NCBI GenBank assembly: GCA_031366795.1
Contig: JANLOX010000065.1
Span: forward strand, 1 to 56,487
DNA: 56,487 nucleotides
Source of the DNA: Candidatus Eiseniibacteriota bacterium
Lineage (GTDB): Bacteria; Eisenbacteria; RBG-16-71-46
Direction: 5' to 3'
Both the position numbers and the translations under genes were made by a program. The notes below the pieces were generated by a model. The model did not search any database, was not told the DNA's origin, and saw only the letters and a list, made by a program, of their open reading frames with translations. Positions 20,978 through 31,048 of the stretch are shown one piece after another; the stretch's first letter is position 1, and each line of letters opens with the position of its first letter.

Positions 20978-21346
20978 TCAAGCCTGCGGGACGGGGGCTC
21001 CCATTTCTTGGATGGGCCGTACTTCGACGCTGCCATATTTGGCGCCCGGGATCCTCGCCGCGATCTGCAGCGCCTCATTCAGGTCACGCGCCTCGATCAG
21101 GTAGTAGCCGCCGAGCTGTTCCTTGGTCTCGGCGAACGGTCCGTCGGTGGTCGATACCTTGCCATCGCGGATGCGGACCGTCGTGGCGGTCGAGATCGAT
21201 TGGAGCGGATTCCCGTTGATGTAGTGGCCACTCTTGCGAATGCCCTCGGTGAACGCGAAGTACTCGCTGTACATCTTTTCCAGCTCCGGCTTGGCCAGTT
21301 GCTGCTCCGGGTTTTCACACCCGTAGATCAGGCACAGGTACTTCAT
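20978..21346 (-). CDS. YciI/DGPF family protein
   Basis: MKYLCLIY start; TDGPFAETKEQLGGYYLI; GSVEVRP. Confidence 0.95.
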   Translation of the reverse strand: MKYLCLIYGCENPEQQLAKPELEKMYSEYFAFTEGIRKSGHYINGNPLQSISTATTVRIRDGKVSTTDGPFAETKEQLGGYYLIEARDLNEALQIAARIPGAKYGSVEVRPIQEMGAPVPQA

Positions 21347-21395
21347 GGTGGACCTCCTGTTTGAGGATGGGCTCGAACCGCGCGAACACAGGATA

Positions 21396-21422
21396 GTCGA
21401 TTGGGGAGGGCACAAATCGACA
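21396..21422 (-). promoter_or_regulatory. ECF42-type autoregulatory promoter
   Basis: Minus strand TGTCGA-N17-CGAC about 50 bp upstream of the DGPF start; matches the described ECF42 motif. Confidence 0.75.
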
Positions 21423-21495
21423 TCGAGGTCCAACGAACAGGTCCGCCAGCGGACGTGGGTCAGCCCGGCCTCCGTTCGGTGCCCGTGCAGGCTGC

Positions 21496-23433
21496 TTAAT
21501 TCAACCAGACAAACCGCGTCGTGCGCTGGCCGAGGCCGGTATCGAGCCGGACGAAGTAGGCGCCAGCGGGAGCGATGCGCCCGTCGGGCAGGTGGCCATC
21601 CCAGCTCACGCGGTAATCACCCGCGGACAGCGAGGGGAAATCGCGTCCCCACACGCGGCGTCCCGAGACGTCCACCATGTCGAGGCGCGCGACACTCGCC
21701 GCAGGCATCGCGAAGCGCAGCGTCACCTGGCCATGACCGGGATTCGGCGAGGGACGGTAAAGGGCGAGCGCCAGGAAGCGATCGCCGCTGCCCACCGCCA
21801 ACACCGGTTGCGTGATGTGGAAGAAGCCATCGCCGAGATCGACCGCCAGGTTCTGCGCATGATCGAACGCCGTCACGCGCACGAGGCCGCTGTCGGTTGC
21901 GGTGGCGGGGACGGTCCAGCTCACGCTGTCCGTGCCCGCTGCCAGCGTTTGGGTGATGGCGAACCATGGTCCCGCTACACCCTGGAGCGAGTAGGCAACA
22001 TTGACCGAGTCGATGGCCACATTATCCGAGGTGTTCCAGGTGATGGTTTGCGCCGTCCCGGCCACATACGACTCGCCGCCATTCGGTCTGATGACCCACG
22101 CCGACGGAGGAGTGCGGTCGGCGATCACGAATGCGTCCGCGCTCAGCGTGGAGCCGGTATTGCCCGCGGCGTCATGCGCCGTGACGCGCACACGGCCCTG
22201 GGTGCTCGGCGTATTGGGGACAGCCCACGAGTAGCTGCCGGTATTCGCGGACGTCAGCGCAATGTTTGTCCAGTGCGCGCCGTTGTCGAGCGAGTAGTCG
22301 ATGTCCACCGTCGTCACGGCGACATTGTCCGAAGCGTTCCAGATCACGTTGCTCGTGACCCCTGCGCTCAGCGTGTCGCCACCGTTCGGCGTCGTCAGCA
22401 ACACGACCGGCGGAGTGCCATCCACGGCCGTGCCGGAATTCGTCAGCGTGTCGGCGATGCCCGGGGCAATGACCGAGTCGACGCCGCCCGGCTGCCACAC
22501 CGCGTTGATGCGGATCTGGTTGTTCGCGACCTTGTCCCAGATCGGGTCCGGCGATGCACCCTTGCCAAGCTCGGTCCAATAGGTGCGGACACCCTTCATG
22601 TGCAGCCGTGTCAGTGCGCCTGCGGTGGGGTGGCCGTAGGTGTTTCCGGTGCCGCACGAGATGATACCGATCTTCGGAGTCGTGGCGTTGAGCCAGTCAT
22701 CGTAGCTGGCGTAGGTCGAGCCGTGGTGATGGACCTTGTAGACCTCGACCTTGCCGACTTCGGCGCCGACTTTGGTCTCGATGTTGGTGTTCGAGGAGGA
22801 CGTGCCGCTGGGGTAGCCGGTCAGGTCGCCGCCGATCACTTCATCGTACTCGCCGTAGCTGACCTTCATGACGAGACATTTCGAATTCTCGTCGGAGGTC
22901 GAGATGCCATCACCCGCAAGGGCCACGCACGTCACTCTCACCGGGTGCGAGGACAGCGAGTCGAGCGTGAACACCTGTCCTTTGACCAGTGTGTGCCGCT
23001 TGGCGCCCAGGTAGTTCACGTAATTCGTGTACGTCTGCGTGGTGTAGCTCTGGCCGCGGTCCCATCCCGCATCGATAGTGACGCCGGGGAAGCTCGTGAT
23101 GCAGCCGATGTGGTCCGCGTGGTAGTGGCTCGCGAAGTGTAAGTCGATGTGGTCGATCCCGAGCGCTTGGAGTTGGCTCAGCACCAGTGCGCAACTGGGG
23201 GGGCTGGTGCCCACCGTGAAGTTCGTGCCGTCGTCGAACATCGCGACCTGGCCCCCGGGAGTGATGATGACGGCGGCATCGCCCTGGCCTGCGTCGAGGT
23301 GGACGACCTGCAGCTTGCCGTTCAACGCCGGGGCCGCGACAGCGAGCGGAGCAGCCCCGGCGATGGACAGCGCGGCCAGCAGCATCGCAGACCGCAATAG
23401 GGCACGGGCCCGCCCGGGGACATACGGGGGCAT
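21496..23433 (-). CDS. Secreted ComEC/Rec2-type metallo-beta-lactamase-fold hydrolase with two Ig-like modules and T9SS-type/FlgD-Ig C-terminus
   Basis: LDAGQGD, SHYHADH, GGD, KVHHHGS and GNTYGHP motifs; AGGAG RBS; PNP..DVSGRRV..WDG..GAYFVRL tail. Confidence 0.88.
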   Translation of the reverse strand: MPPYVPGRARALLRSAMLLAALSIAGAAPLAVAAPALNGKLQVVHLDAGQGDAAVIITPGGQVAMFDDGTNFTVGTSPPSCALVLSQLQALGIDHIDLHFASHYHADHIGCITSFPGVTIDAGWDRGQSYTTQTYTNYVNYLGAKRHTLVKGQVFTLDSLSSHPVRVTCVALAGDGISTSDENSKCLVMKVSYGEYDEVIGGDLTGYPSGTSSSNTNIETKVGAEVGKVEVYKVHHHGSTYASYDDWLNATTPKIGIISCGTGNTYGHPTAGALTRLHMKGVRTYWTELGKGASPDPIWDKVANNQIRINAVWQPGGVDSVIAPGIADTLTNSGTAVDGTPPVVLLTTPNGGDTLSAGVTSNVIWNASDNVAVTTVDIDYSLDNGAHWTNIALTSANTGSYSWAVPNTPSTQGRVRVTAHDAAGNTGSTLSADAFVIADRTPPSAWVIRPNGGESYVAGTAQTITWNTSDNVAIDSVNVAYSLQGVAGPWFAITQTLAAGTDSVSWTVPATATDSGLVRVTAFDHAQNLAVDLGDGFFHITQPVLAVGSGDRFLALALYRPSPNPGHGQVTLRFAMPAASVARLDMVDVSGRRVWGRDFPSLSAGDYRVSWDGHLPDGRIAPAGAYFVRLDTGLGQRTTRFVWLN

Positions 23434-23644
23434 GGGGAACACTCCTGCTCGGGGTGAAGGTGTGTCCGGCGAGGCACGGGAGGCAGGCGCGGCGACCGCG
23501 TTCCGTGGCCAAGTCTAGCGTTGTGTGTAGAGGGATTGCCTCAAGTGTAGCGCATTCCGGCACGGCTCACGCGTCCGAATCAGGGGTTTCCGAGGGGGAA
23601 TTCACCCGGAAATTGCTTCGGCTGCGACGCCAACGCGCTGTGGA

Positions 23645-24889
23645 CTAGCCCACGCGCAGGATAAACAAGGATCCCAGCGCCATCGCGCCTGCGGCATAGC
23701 CGAATCCCCACAGCGGGTGAATCGTCCACAGCGCGCCGACGAGCACACTCGAGGCGAGGTCGCCGACGCCGTTGACCGTGCCGAGGACGCCGTACGCGGT
23801 GCCGCGGCTTTCGGCTTCGGCGAAGTCGGCAACGATGGCTTCCTCGAGCGTCTCGCGGATGCCCAACGTGATTCCCGCGAGCGCGAACACCACCGCGAGT
23901 GCTCCCCATGCCGCCTTGCCCTGCGCCAGCATGACTCCGAGCGCCACACTCACGGTGGCCCCGAGCATGTAGCACATGGAAAGGAGTGGGCGGCGGCCGA
24001 GGCGATCGCTCAGTGTGCCGACCGGATAGGGCGCGAGCGCATGCGTGATGTTGTGGAGCACATAAAGCAACGCGGCGGCCGCCGAGGCTTTGACTGTGCC
24101 CAGCGAGGGCGTGAGCAATTGGATCGCGGCGAGGATAATGAGCGTGTGTGAGAAGTCACCGCAGCCGAAGCAGCCCACGCCGATCAGCGCGCGCCGGAGT
24201 CGCGTGGGCAAGGTACGAATCGACGCCCAGAACTTCAGCGTCTTGTTCGGGCCGCGACGGCGCTCTTGTACCACCAGCGCGAACACGGCGGCCGCGGCCA
24301 GCCCGGGAATCGCGGTGAACAGGAATACCGCGCGGAATGCTGCGCCGGCCTGGTTGCCCAAACGCGCATTCAGGAACGGCATGAGCACGACCGCGAGCAG
24401 AGGCCCCACGACGGCGCCGAGGGTGTCGCCGGCGCGATGGAAGCCGATCGCCTTGCCGCGCACCGAGGCCGGCACCGAGTCCGCCATCATCGCGCTGCGC
24501 AGCGGTCCCTTGATGCCACGCCCGAACCAGCCCACGACGCGGCCGACCAGGATCAATCCCCAGCCATTCGCCAGCGCGAAGATCGCCTGGGATGCGCCGG
24601 TCAGCGCGTAGCCGCCGACCGTGATGGCTTTGCGATGACCCAGGCGATCGGAGATCCAGCCCGTGCCGAGCTTGACGAAACTCGAGGTGGCGTCCGCGAT
24701 TCCTTCGATGGCGCCGAGCGCCGCCGGCGGCGCGCCGAGCATCGCGAGGAACGCGGGCAGGATCGAGGTCGCGGTCTCGTGGCCGAGATCGGAGAGAAAG
24801 CTGGTCGCCGTCATACCGATGACGTTGCGGTTCAGCCAACGTTCGGGCGCAGCAGCAGTCTCAGGTCTTTGGGATGGGTTCACGTCCAT
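23645..24889 (-). CDS. MFS transporter
   Basis: About 12 TM segments; GWISDRLGHRK and GTLSDRLGRR motif A copies. Confidence 0.93.
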   Translation of the reverse strand: MDVNPSQRPETAAAPERWLNRNVIGMTATSFLSDLGHETATSILPAFLAMLGAPPAALGAIEGIADATSSFVKLGTGWISDRLGHRKAITVGGYALTGASQAIFALANGWGLILVGRVVGWFGRGIKGPLRSAMMADSVPASVRGKAIGFHRAGDTLGAVVGPLLAVVLMPFLNARLGNQAGAAFRAVFLFTAIPGLAAAAVFALVVQERRRGPNKTLKFWASIRTLPTRLRRALIGVGCFGCGDFSHTLIILAAIQLLTPSLGTVKASAAAALLYVLHNITHALAPYPVGTLSDRLGRRPLLSMCYMLGATVSVALGVMLAQGKAAWGALAVVFALAGITLGIRETLEEAIVADFAEAESRGTAYGVLGTVNGVGDLASSVLVGALWTIHPLWGFGYAAGAMALGSLFILRVG

Positions 24890-25104
24890 GGAAAAGATCC
24901 CCGATGGGATAGCAAGCGAAGTCCATCGACAACCTAACATCACGCCAAGCCGCCGGGCGACGCCCCGTTCCGAGGTGCGGTGGTGTAATCGCCATCGACC
25001 GCGCGGGGTGCCGGGTATAGGCTGGGGGAGCGCGCGGGTTCCGCAATCGCGCGACCGTGCTCATGGAAAGAGTTGCAATGCCGCCGGATGACAGGAGGGA
25101 TTCC

Positions 25105-25542
25105 ATGTCCGCTGAAACGAACAAGGCGTTGGTCCGCCGTTTCTTCGACGAAGTGTGCAATGGCTTGAAGCTGGACGTCGCAGACCAGTTGTTCGCCGCC
25201 GACCATGTCTACCACGACCCGGTGATCCGCGCGGCGGCTGGCCCCGAAGGCATCAAGCGCGTCATCGTTCCGCAGCCCCAGTCGTTCACCGAGATGCGCT
25301 GGGTGATCGACGACATGGTCGCGGCCGAGCGCAACATCGTGGTGACGCGGTGGACGGGGAGTGGGCTGCACACCGGCGAAGTCATGGGGATCCCTGCGAC
25401 CGGCAAGCGTGTGACGATCACGGGAACGTGGATCCACCGCATCGCGAACGGAAAAATCGTCGAGAGCTGGCACACCTGGGACGCCATGGGAATGGTGCGA
25501 CAGCTGGGTGCGGCGCCGGTACCCGCTCACGCCGGGCGATAG
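25105..25542 (+). CDS. SnoaL-like ester cyclase family protein
   Basis: NKALVRRFFDEV.N, GLHTGEVMGIPATGK and GKIVESW; strong RBS. Confidence 0.9.
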   Translation: MSAETNKALVRRFFDEVCNGLKLDVADQLFAADHVYHDPVIRAAAGPEGIKRVIVPQPQSFTEMRWVIDDMVAAERNIVVTRWTGSGLHTGEVMGIPATGKRVTITGTWIHRIANGKIVESWHTWDAMGMVRQLGAAPVPAHAGR

Positions 25543-25573
25543 CCGGTTCCCATCCACAAAATCGCGATTTTAC

Positions 25574-25587
25574 ATGACGCCCGTCAT
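25574..25587. promoter_or_regulatory. Crp/Fnr-family-like palindrome upstream of nirK
   Basis: ATGAC-GCCC-GTCAT, a perfect 5-4-5 palindrome. Confidence 0.6.
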
Positions 25588-25749
25588 ACCGGGCCCAGAC
25601 CGATTCGCCGACGATCCTGTCATGACTGCCAGTTGATGGCAGGGAATTCGAGGCCTGACGCTCGTCCTGCTCGTGCGATCAGTCGCTTACCCAGTCGGTC
25701 CAAACCCACCCGGGGGCGTCGAGCCCGGAGCATCGAAAGGATTCCCAAC

Positions 25750-27183
25750 GTGAAGCGCATAGGCTCGCTCCGCTTCCTGCTGTTCGCAGGCCTGATCGCA
25801 TGGACCGTCAATGGCTGTGGCGGTGGCGAGGAAAAGCTCGAGGGACAGGAGGAGGCCGTGCTCACCTCGGCTCCCAACGTGCCGCCGCCCATCACGCGGC
25901 GTCACCCGACGAAGGTGATCGTGCATCTCGAGACGCACGAGGTCGTGAGCCGGCTCGCCGATGGGGTGAGCTATACATTTTGGACGTTCGGCGGCGCGGT
26001 CCCAGGGAAGTTCATCCGCATCCGCGAGGGCGACCTGGTCGAGTTCCACCTCAGCAACAACCCCTCGAGCAAGATGCCGCACAACATCGATCTGCATGCC
26101 GTCACCGGCCCGGGCGGTGGCGCGGCGTCGTCGTTCACGGCGCCCGGGCATACCTCGACGTTCTCCTTCAAGGCGCTCAACCCTGGCCTGTTCGTCTACC
26201 ACTGCGCCACCGCACCGGTCGGCATGCACATCGGCAACGGCATGTCCGGGCTGATCCTGGTCGAGCCGAAAGCGGGCCTGCCCAGGGTCGAGAAGGAGTA
26301 CTACGTTCAGCAAACGGAGTTCTACACCGCGGGCGGCAATGGGGAGCCGGGTCTGCAGCCGTTCAGCATGGAGAAGGCGATCAAGGAGCAGCCCGAGTAT
26401 GTCGTGTTCAACGGCTCGGTCGGCGCCCTGACGGGCGATCATGCCCTGACCGCATCGGTCGGCCAGACGGTGCGACTCTATGTCGGCAATGGCGGGCCGA
26501 ATCTCGTCTCGTCATTCCACGTCATCGGCGAGATCTTCGACCGTGTCTGGGGCGAAGCGGGAACGCTCGAGAATCACAACGTGCAGACGACGCTCATCCC
26601 GCCCGGAGGGGCGGCCATGGTGGACTTCAAGGTGCAGGTGCCCGGCACCTATATCCTGGTCGACCACGCCATTTTCCGCGCGTTCAACCAGGGCGCACTC
26701 GGTATGCTCAAGGTCGATGGGGCCGAGGACAAGGTGGTGTACTCGGGCAAGCAAAATGACGAGGTCTACCGCCCCGAAGGCGGCACCATCCAGACGATGG
26801 GAGTCGTGGCACCCTCGCTTGCGCCTGCGAGCACCAAGGCCGAGCGCATCGAACGTGGCCAGATCGTGTACAGCTCGATCTGCGCGGCGTGCCACCAGCC
26901 GAGCGGCAAGGGCATCGCGGGGGCATTCCCGCCGCTGGCCGGCTCGGACTTCCTCAATGCTGACAAAATCAGGGCGATTGGAATCGTAATGGGCGGTCAC
27001 ACGGGTCCGATCAAGGTGAATGGCGCCGACTTCAATGGTGCCATGCCCGCGCTCGGCATGAGCGACGAAGACATCGCGAATACCCTCACTTACGTTTACA
27101 GCCAGTGGAACAACGCGGGTCACGAAGTGACGCCGGCCGAGGTCGCGGCAGTGCGCAGGACGAGTGGGGCGAAGAAAAAGTGA
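25750..27183 (+). CDS. nirK: Copper nitrite reductase with C-terminal cytochrome c domain (lipoprotein)
   Basis: HNIDLH, YHCA..MH..GM, FHVIGE and LVDH copper/catalytic motifs; CAACH heme motif and distal AMP Met; lipobox VNGC. Confidence 0.96.
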   Translation: MKRIGSLRFLLFAGLIAWTVNGCGGGEEKLEGQEEAVLTSAPNVPPPITRRHPTKVIVHLETHEVVSRLADGVSYTFWTFGGAVPGKFIRIREGDLVEFHLSNNPSSKMPHNIDLHAVTGPGGGAASSFTAPGHTSTFSFKALNPGLFVYHCATAPVGMHIGNGMSGLILVEPKAGLPRVEKEYYVQQTEFYTAGGNGEPGLQPFSMEKAIKEQPEYVVFNGSVGALTGDHALTASVGQTVRLYVGNGGPNLVSSFHVIGEIFDRVWGEAGTLENHNVQTTLIPPGGAAMVDFKVQVPGTYILVDHAIFRAFNQGALGMLKVDGAEDKVVYSGKQNDEVYRPEGGTIQTMGVVAPSLAPASTKAERIERGQIVYSSICAACHQPSGKGIAGAFPPLAGSDFLNADKIRAIGIVMGGHTGPIKVNGADFNGAMPALGMSDEDIANTLTYVYSQWNNAGHEVTPAEVAAVRRTSGAKKK

Positions 27184-28268
27184 CCCGCGGCGCGAAACTT
27201 AAGTCGAGCCTGGTCGCCGTACTCGCGATCGCCGTGCTCGCCTCCGCTGGTCCGGCAAGCGCCCAGTGGTCGCTGAGCGCCAATGATGGCAAGGCCGTCC
27301 TCAACCTGGGATTCATGTCACAGACGCAGGTCGAGGCGCTGCGGAACCCGGGATCGAAGGACTACGCGCAGAACGTGTTCCTCCGCCGCGCCCGCGTGAT
27401 GCTGGGTGGCCGGGTCAACGAGCGCACGTCGTTCTTCATCGACACCGACGTGCCCAACCTGGGCAAGGGTCAGGCGAGTGGGGTGAAGGTCGGGAACACG
27501 ATGGTGCTGCAGGATCTCGTGGTGACGCAGTCCGTCTGCCCGGGCATCAAAGTCGACGCCGGGATGCTGATGGTGCCGGTATCGCACAACGCGCAGCAGG
27601 CCGTGAGCAGCGTGCTCGCCGTGGATTACGGTCCGTTCAGCTCGCTCCAATCGGATGTGACCGACTCGAAACTCAACCGGGACTATGGCGTCGATGGTCG
27701 CGCGTATTTCGCGAATCGTCATGCGGAAGTGCGCGCCGGGATCTACCAGGGTGATCGCGGCCGGAATGCCACGGAGCCCTTCCGCACGGCGATCCGGGGT
27801 GTGTACTACCCCTTCGAGGCCGACACGGGGTTCCTCTACTCGGGAACAACCTTTGGCAAGAAGCAGTTCATGGCCTTCGGTGCGAGCTACGACGCGCAGA
27901 AGTCTTACGCGACGTGGGCGGGTGATGTGACTGTGGATTGGCCGGTGCAGAGTGACTGCGTCACGTTCCAGGCCGACTACATGCGCTACGACGGCGGCGC
28001 CACGTTCGTAGCACTGCCGCGCCAGGACGTTCTGTTGGTCGAGCTTGGCTACTTCATTCACCAGGCGCGCATGACGCCGTTCGTGCAGTACGCCACGCGC
28101 GACTACGCGGCGGCAGCCCGGGCCGACGAATCGAAGGTCCAGGGAGGCGTTGCGTTCTGGGGGAACGGACACAAGGAGAGCGTCAAGCTGGCCGTGGCGA
28201 AGCTCACCCGGGACGATGCCTCGGACGGAGTCCAATTCGTGGCACAGTGGCAGGTGTTCGCCTATTAG
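27180..28268 (+). CDS. Outer-membrane porin-like protein (OprO/OprP-like)
   Basis: Signal peptide; FLRRARV..GG; alternating beta-strand pattern; C-terminal QWQVFAY; GTGA overlap with the nirK stop. Confidence 0.75.
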   Translation: MTRGAKLKSSLVAVLAIAVLASAGPASAQWSLSANDGKAVLNLGFMSQTQVEALRNPGSKDYAQNVFLRRARVMLGGRVNERTSFFIDTDVPNLGKGQASGVKVGNTMVLQDLVVTQSVCPGIKVDAGMLMVPVSHNAQQAVSSVLAVDYGPFSSLQSDVTDSKLNRDYGVDGRAYFANRHAEVRAGIYQGDRGRNATEPFRTAIRGVYYPFEADTGFLYSGTTFGKKQFMAFGASYDAQKSYATWAGDVTVDWPVQSDCVTFQADYMRYDGGATFVALPRQDVLLVELGYFIHQARMTPFVQYATRDYAAAARADESKVQGGVAFWGNGHKESVKLAVAKLTRDDASDGVQFVAQWQVFAY

Positions 28269-28317
28269 TGCGCGCGATCCTGTCCGCACAGCACCGCCGC
28301 ACGCGGTGGGAGTAGCG

Positions 28318-29250
28318 ATGATGGTTCCACACGCATGCCGAGTATCACCCGCGCTACTGGTATTTGCCCTTCTGGCCGCACCCGCAGGGCGGCTCGAGGC
28401 ATCCTCCGGCGCACTCAGGGCCGTCACCCACGTCCCGGGGGGGCTCATCGCGGCGAAGCATGCGAGGCGGGATGAGCAGGAGTTAGTGCCGATTCCCGCG
28501 GGCCAGTACCAGCCGCTGTACAAGCGGCCGAAGCGTGATTCCTTGGGCACCGACACGGCGCAGGTGCCACCGCCGGTCGTGGTCCTGGGCTTCAGGCTCG
28601 CGACCCACGCCGTGACCAACGGGGAGTACCTCGCCTTCGTCCGGAAGCATCCGGAGTGGCGCCGGTCGAGGGCGCGCCGGCTGTTCGTGGACGAAGGCTA
28701 CCTTCGCCATTGGCGGTCCGACCTGAACTTCGGTGACCCCGCGACCGCCGGGTGCCCCGTGGTTAATGTGTCGTGGTTCGCCGCGCGGGCGTACTGCGCG
28801 TCACACGCGCATCGGTTGCCCACCGTGGACCAATGGGAGTACGTCGCCGCGGCGAGCGAGCGCCGCCCTGACGCCACGCACGAAGCGGCATTCCAGGACC
28901 GCTTGCGGGCGTGGTACTCGAAGCCGACGCCGCAACGGCTCGCACCGGTCCGTTCGACATTCAAGAGTGTCTACGGGATCTGGGACATGCACGGGCTGGT
29001 GTGGGAGTGGACCGACGATTTCGCATCGGCCCTCGTCAACGGGGAATCGCGTGGCGATGCGGCGCTCGATCAATCGCTGTATTGCGGCAGCGGTGCCGCG
29101 AATGCGGCTGACTTCCGCGACTACGCCGCGTTCATGCGCTACGCCTTGCGCAGCAGTTTGTCCGCGCGTTATTGCGTCGCGAACCTTGGGTTCCGCGAGG
29201 CCGCGATGGCGATGCCACCACCTTCGAAGTATTCGGGGAACCCACAGTGA
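28318..29250 (+). CDS. FGE-sulfatase/SUMF1-fold protein (NirV-like)
   Basis: VTNGEYLAFV, PVVNVSWFAA..YC, RLPT..QWEY, DMHGLVWEW and LGFR; start uncertain. Confidence 0.88.
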   Translation: MMVPHACRVSPALLVFALLAAPAGRLEASSGALRAVTHVPGGLIAAKHARRDEQELVPIPAGQYQPLYKRPKRDSLGTDTAQVPPPVVVLGFRLATHAVTNGEYLAFVRKHPEWRRSRARRLFVDEGYLRHWRSDLNFGDPATAGCPVVNVSWFAARAYCASHAHRLPTVDQWEYVAAASERRPDATHEAAFQDRLRAWYSKPTPQRLAPVRSTFKSVYGIWDMHGLVWEWTDDFASALVNGESRGDAALDQSLYCGSGAANAADFRDYAAFMRYALRSSLSARYCVANLGFREAAMAMPPPSKYSGNPQ

Positions 29251-29888
29251 TCCCGCAGCCCCTGCACTTCGCACGCACCGCAGTAGTCTCCTCGGTCGTG
29301 CTGGCGTTCCTGGTCACCAGCGGTTGCGGCCGGCCTGCACCCCAGAACGCCGCATCCACAGGCCACGTGATCGAGGCGCCGCTGCCCGCCGGACTTGTCG
29401 CGGGTGAATCCCTGGATGCGTTTGACTCGACCTTCACGGACCAGTCTGGACGGAGCGTCACGCTGGCCCGTTACCACGGCCGCCCCATGGTGCTCGCAAT
29501 GATCTACACGCGCTGCCCTTCCGCGTGCCCGCTACTGCTGGCGAGTCTGCGCGGCTTCGAGAAGCAGTTGCCCACAGCACTGCGTACGAACACCTGGTTC
29601 GTGCTCGTCACGCTCGATCCCTCGCACGACGAGCCGGATACGCTGCTCGCGTTCGCGAACTCACGCGATTTGGATCTTTCGCGCTGGCGCCTGCTACGCG
29701 GCAGCCGTGAGGCCACCGTGGAACTGGCGGCGATCCTCGGGGTCAAGGTGCGCGATGATGGCGAGGGCGCGCTGGCGCATTCGAGCAACGTCTACCTGCT
29801 CGACGGCACGGGCGTGATCCGCCACGCGCTGGTGGGGCTCGGCGCGGACCCGCAACAGCTGCTGGCCGCCCGCGCTGCGTTGAAGTAA
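29247..29888 (+). CDS. SCO1/SenC copper chaperone (lipoprotein)
   Basis: YTRCPSACP, TLDP..D.P, HSSNVYLLD..G; lipobox TSGC. Confidence 0.93.
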   Translation: MIPQPLHFARTAVVSSVVLAFLVTSGCGRPAPQNAASTGHVIEAPLPAGLVAGESLDAFDSTFTDQSGRSVTLARYHGRPMVLAMIYTRCPSACPLLLASLRGFEKQLPTALRTNTWFVLVTLDPSHDEPDTLLAFANSRDLDLSRWRLLRGSREATVELAAILGVKVRDDGEGALAHSSNVYLLDGTGVIRHALVGLGADPQQLLAARAALK

Positions 29889-29944
29889 CCACGACGTGGT
29901 CGCGCGCGACGCGGGGGACAGCGGGCACGAGGACGCGATAAATA

Positions 29945-30805
29945 CTAGCGACCCGGAGCGCCTGAACTCAACCGACGATGCAGCGCGGGTGCGACCGTCA
30001 GCGATACGCCGCTTGCGATCAGGAGCGTGGCGAGCAGCAGGCGCGAGGTGATCGACTCGCCGATCCATGCCGTGGCGACCAACGCCGTCACGATCGGCAC
30101 AAGGAGCTGCACGATGCCCGCCCGCCACGGTGCGATGCGCGGCAGGACGGCGTACCACAGCGTGTAGCCGAGCCCCGACGCCACGGAGCCCGATGCGGCC
30201 GCGAGGCCAAGGCCCACGGGCGTGACGTGGCGGCTCGCGCTGGTCACCGTCGCGAACGCGACGCCGAACGCCGCGGCGCGGAGGAAATTGCCCGCGGTAG
30301 CACCGAGCGGATCGCGGCTCGATCGCCCCGCCAGCGAGTAGGCGCCCCAGCAGACGCCGGCCACTACCATCAAGCTCGCGCCCAGCATATCGGGTGCGGC
30401 GGCTCCTGGCAGGGTGAGCACGAGCAGTCCCGCGATCGCCAGGGCGAGCCCGATCCAATCGACGCGGGAGGGGCGCTCGCCGCGCGCGAGACCGGTTCCG
30501 ATCATGGTGACCTGCACGCTGCCGAACAGCACGAGTGCGCCGACGGCCGCCCCGATACGCAAGTAAGCGAGCGTGAAGCAGATGGCGTAGCCCGCGAGCA
30601 GGCCGGCCGACTTCCACGAGCCGCGCTCGATTACACTGCGTCGGCGCGTGCGCGCGAGCAACGCGAGCACGCATGCACCCGTGACCAGGCGCACCAACGT
30701 GAACGATCCCGCATCGATGAGCCCCGCGCCGAGAGCGGCACGAGTGAGCAGGGAGTTCGCGGAGAACCCGGCGAGGGCAGCAGTGAGGAGAAGGAATGTT
30801 CGCAA
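29945..30805 (-). CDS. DMT/EamA family transporter
   Basis: FSANSLL.R.AL, GALVLFGSVQ.TM and ASGLGYTLWY; start uncertain (frame open to 30853). Confidence 0.88.
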   Translation of the reverse strand: MRTFLLLTAALAGFSANSLLTRAALGAGLIDAGSFTLVRLVTGACVLALLARTRRRSVIERGSWKSAGLLAGYAICFTLAYLRIGAAVGALVLFGSVQVTMIGTGLARGERPSRVDWIGLALAIAGLLVLTLPGAAAPDMLGASLMVVAGVCWGAYSLAGRSSRDPLGATAGNFLRAAAFGVAFATVTSASRHVTPVGLGLAAASGSVASGLGYTLWYAVLPRIAPWRAGIVQLLVPIVTALVATAWIGESITSRLLLATLLIASGVSLTVAPALHRRLSSGAPGR

Positions 30806-31048
30806 GCACAAAACACTAGTGGATCCGCGGCGCGCTTGCGACCCATCGCACATGCTCGCGCCGGGCGGGGGAAGGGCCCCACGTGACCGCGGCGGGCGGG
30901 GCGACTTTACGATTGCTCCGGCCGCAGCCGCGGGTGACGATTAGTAGATGGGGAAGAGTGTTCCGCGCGCTGCCCCATCGCGGCATTAGGGATGGCGTGC
31001 CCTGACGACACATGGCGGTGCTGCTCCAGCGATCAACCGGGGATCACG

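Noticed and set aside
21592-23142. 516-aa plus-strand ORF
   Set aside because: Antisense to the well-supported MBL gene; Arg-rich shadow
27318-28619. 433-aa minus-strand ORF
   Set aside because: Antisense to the porin and NirV-like genes
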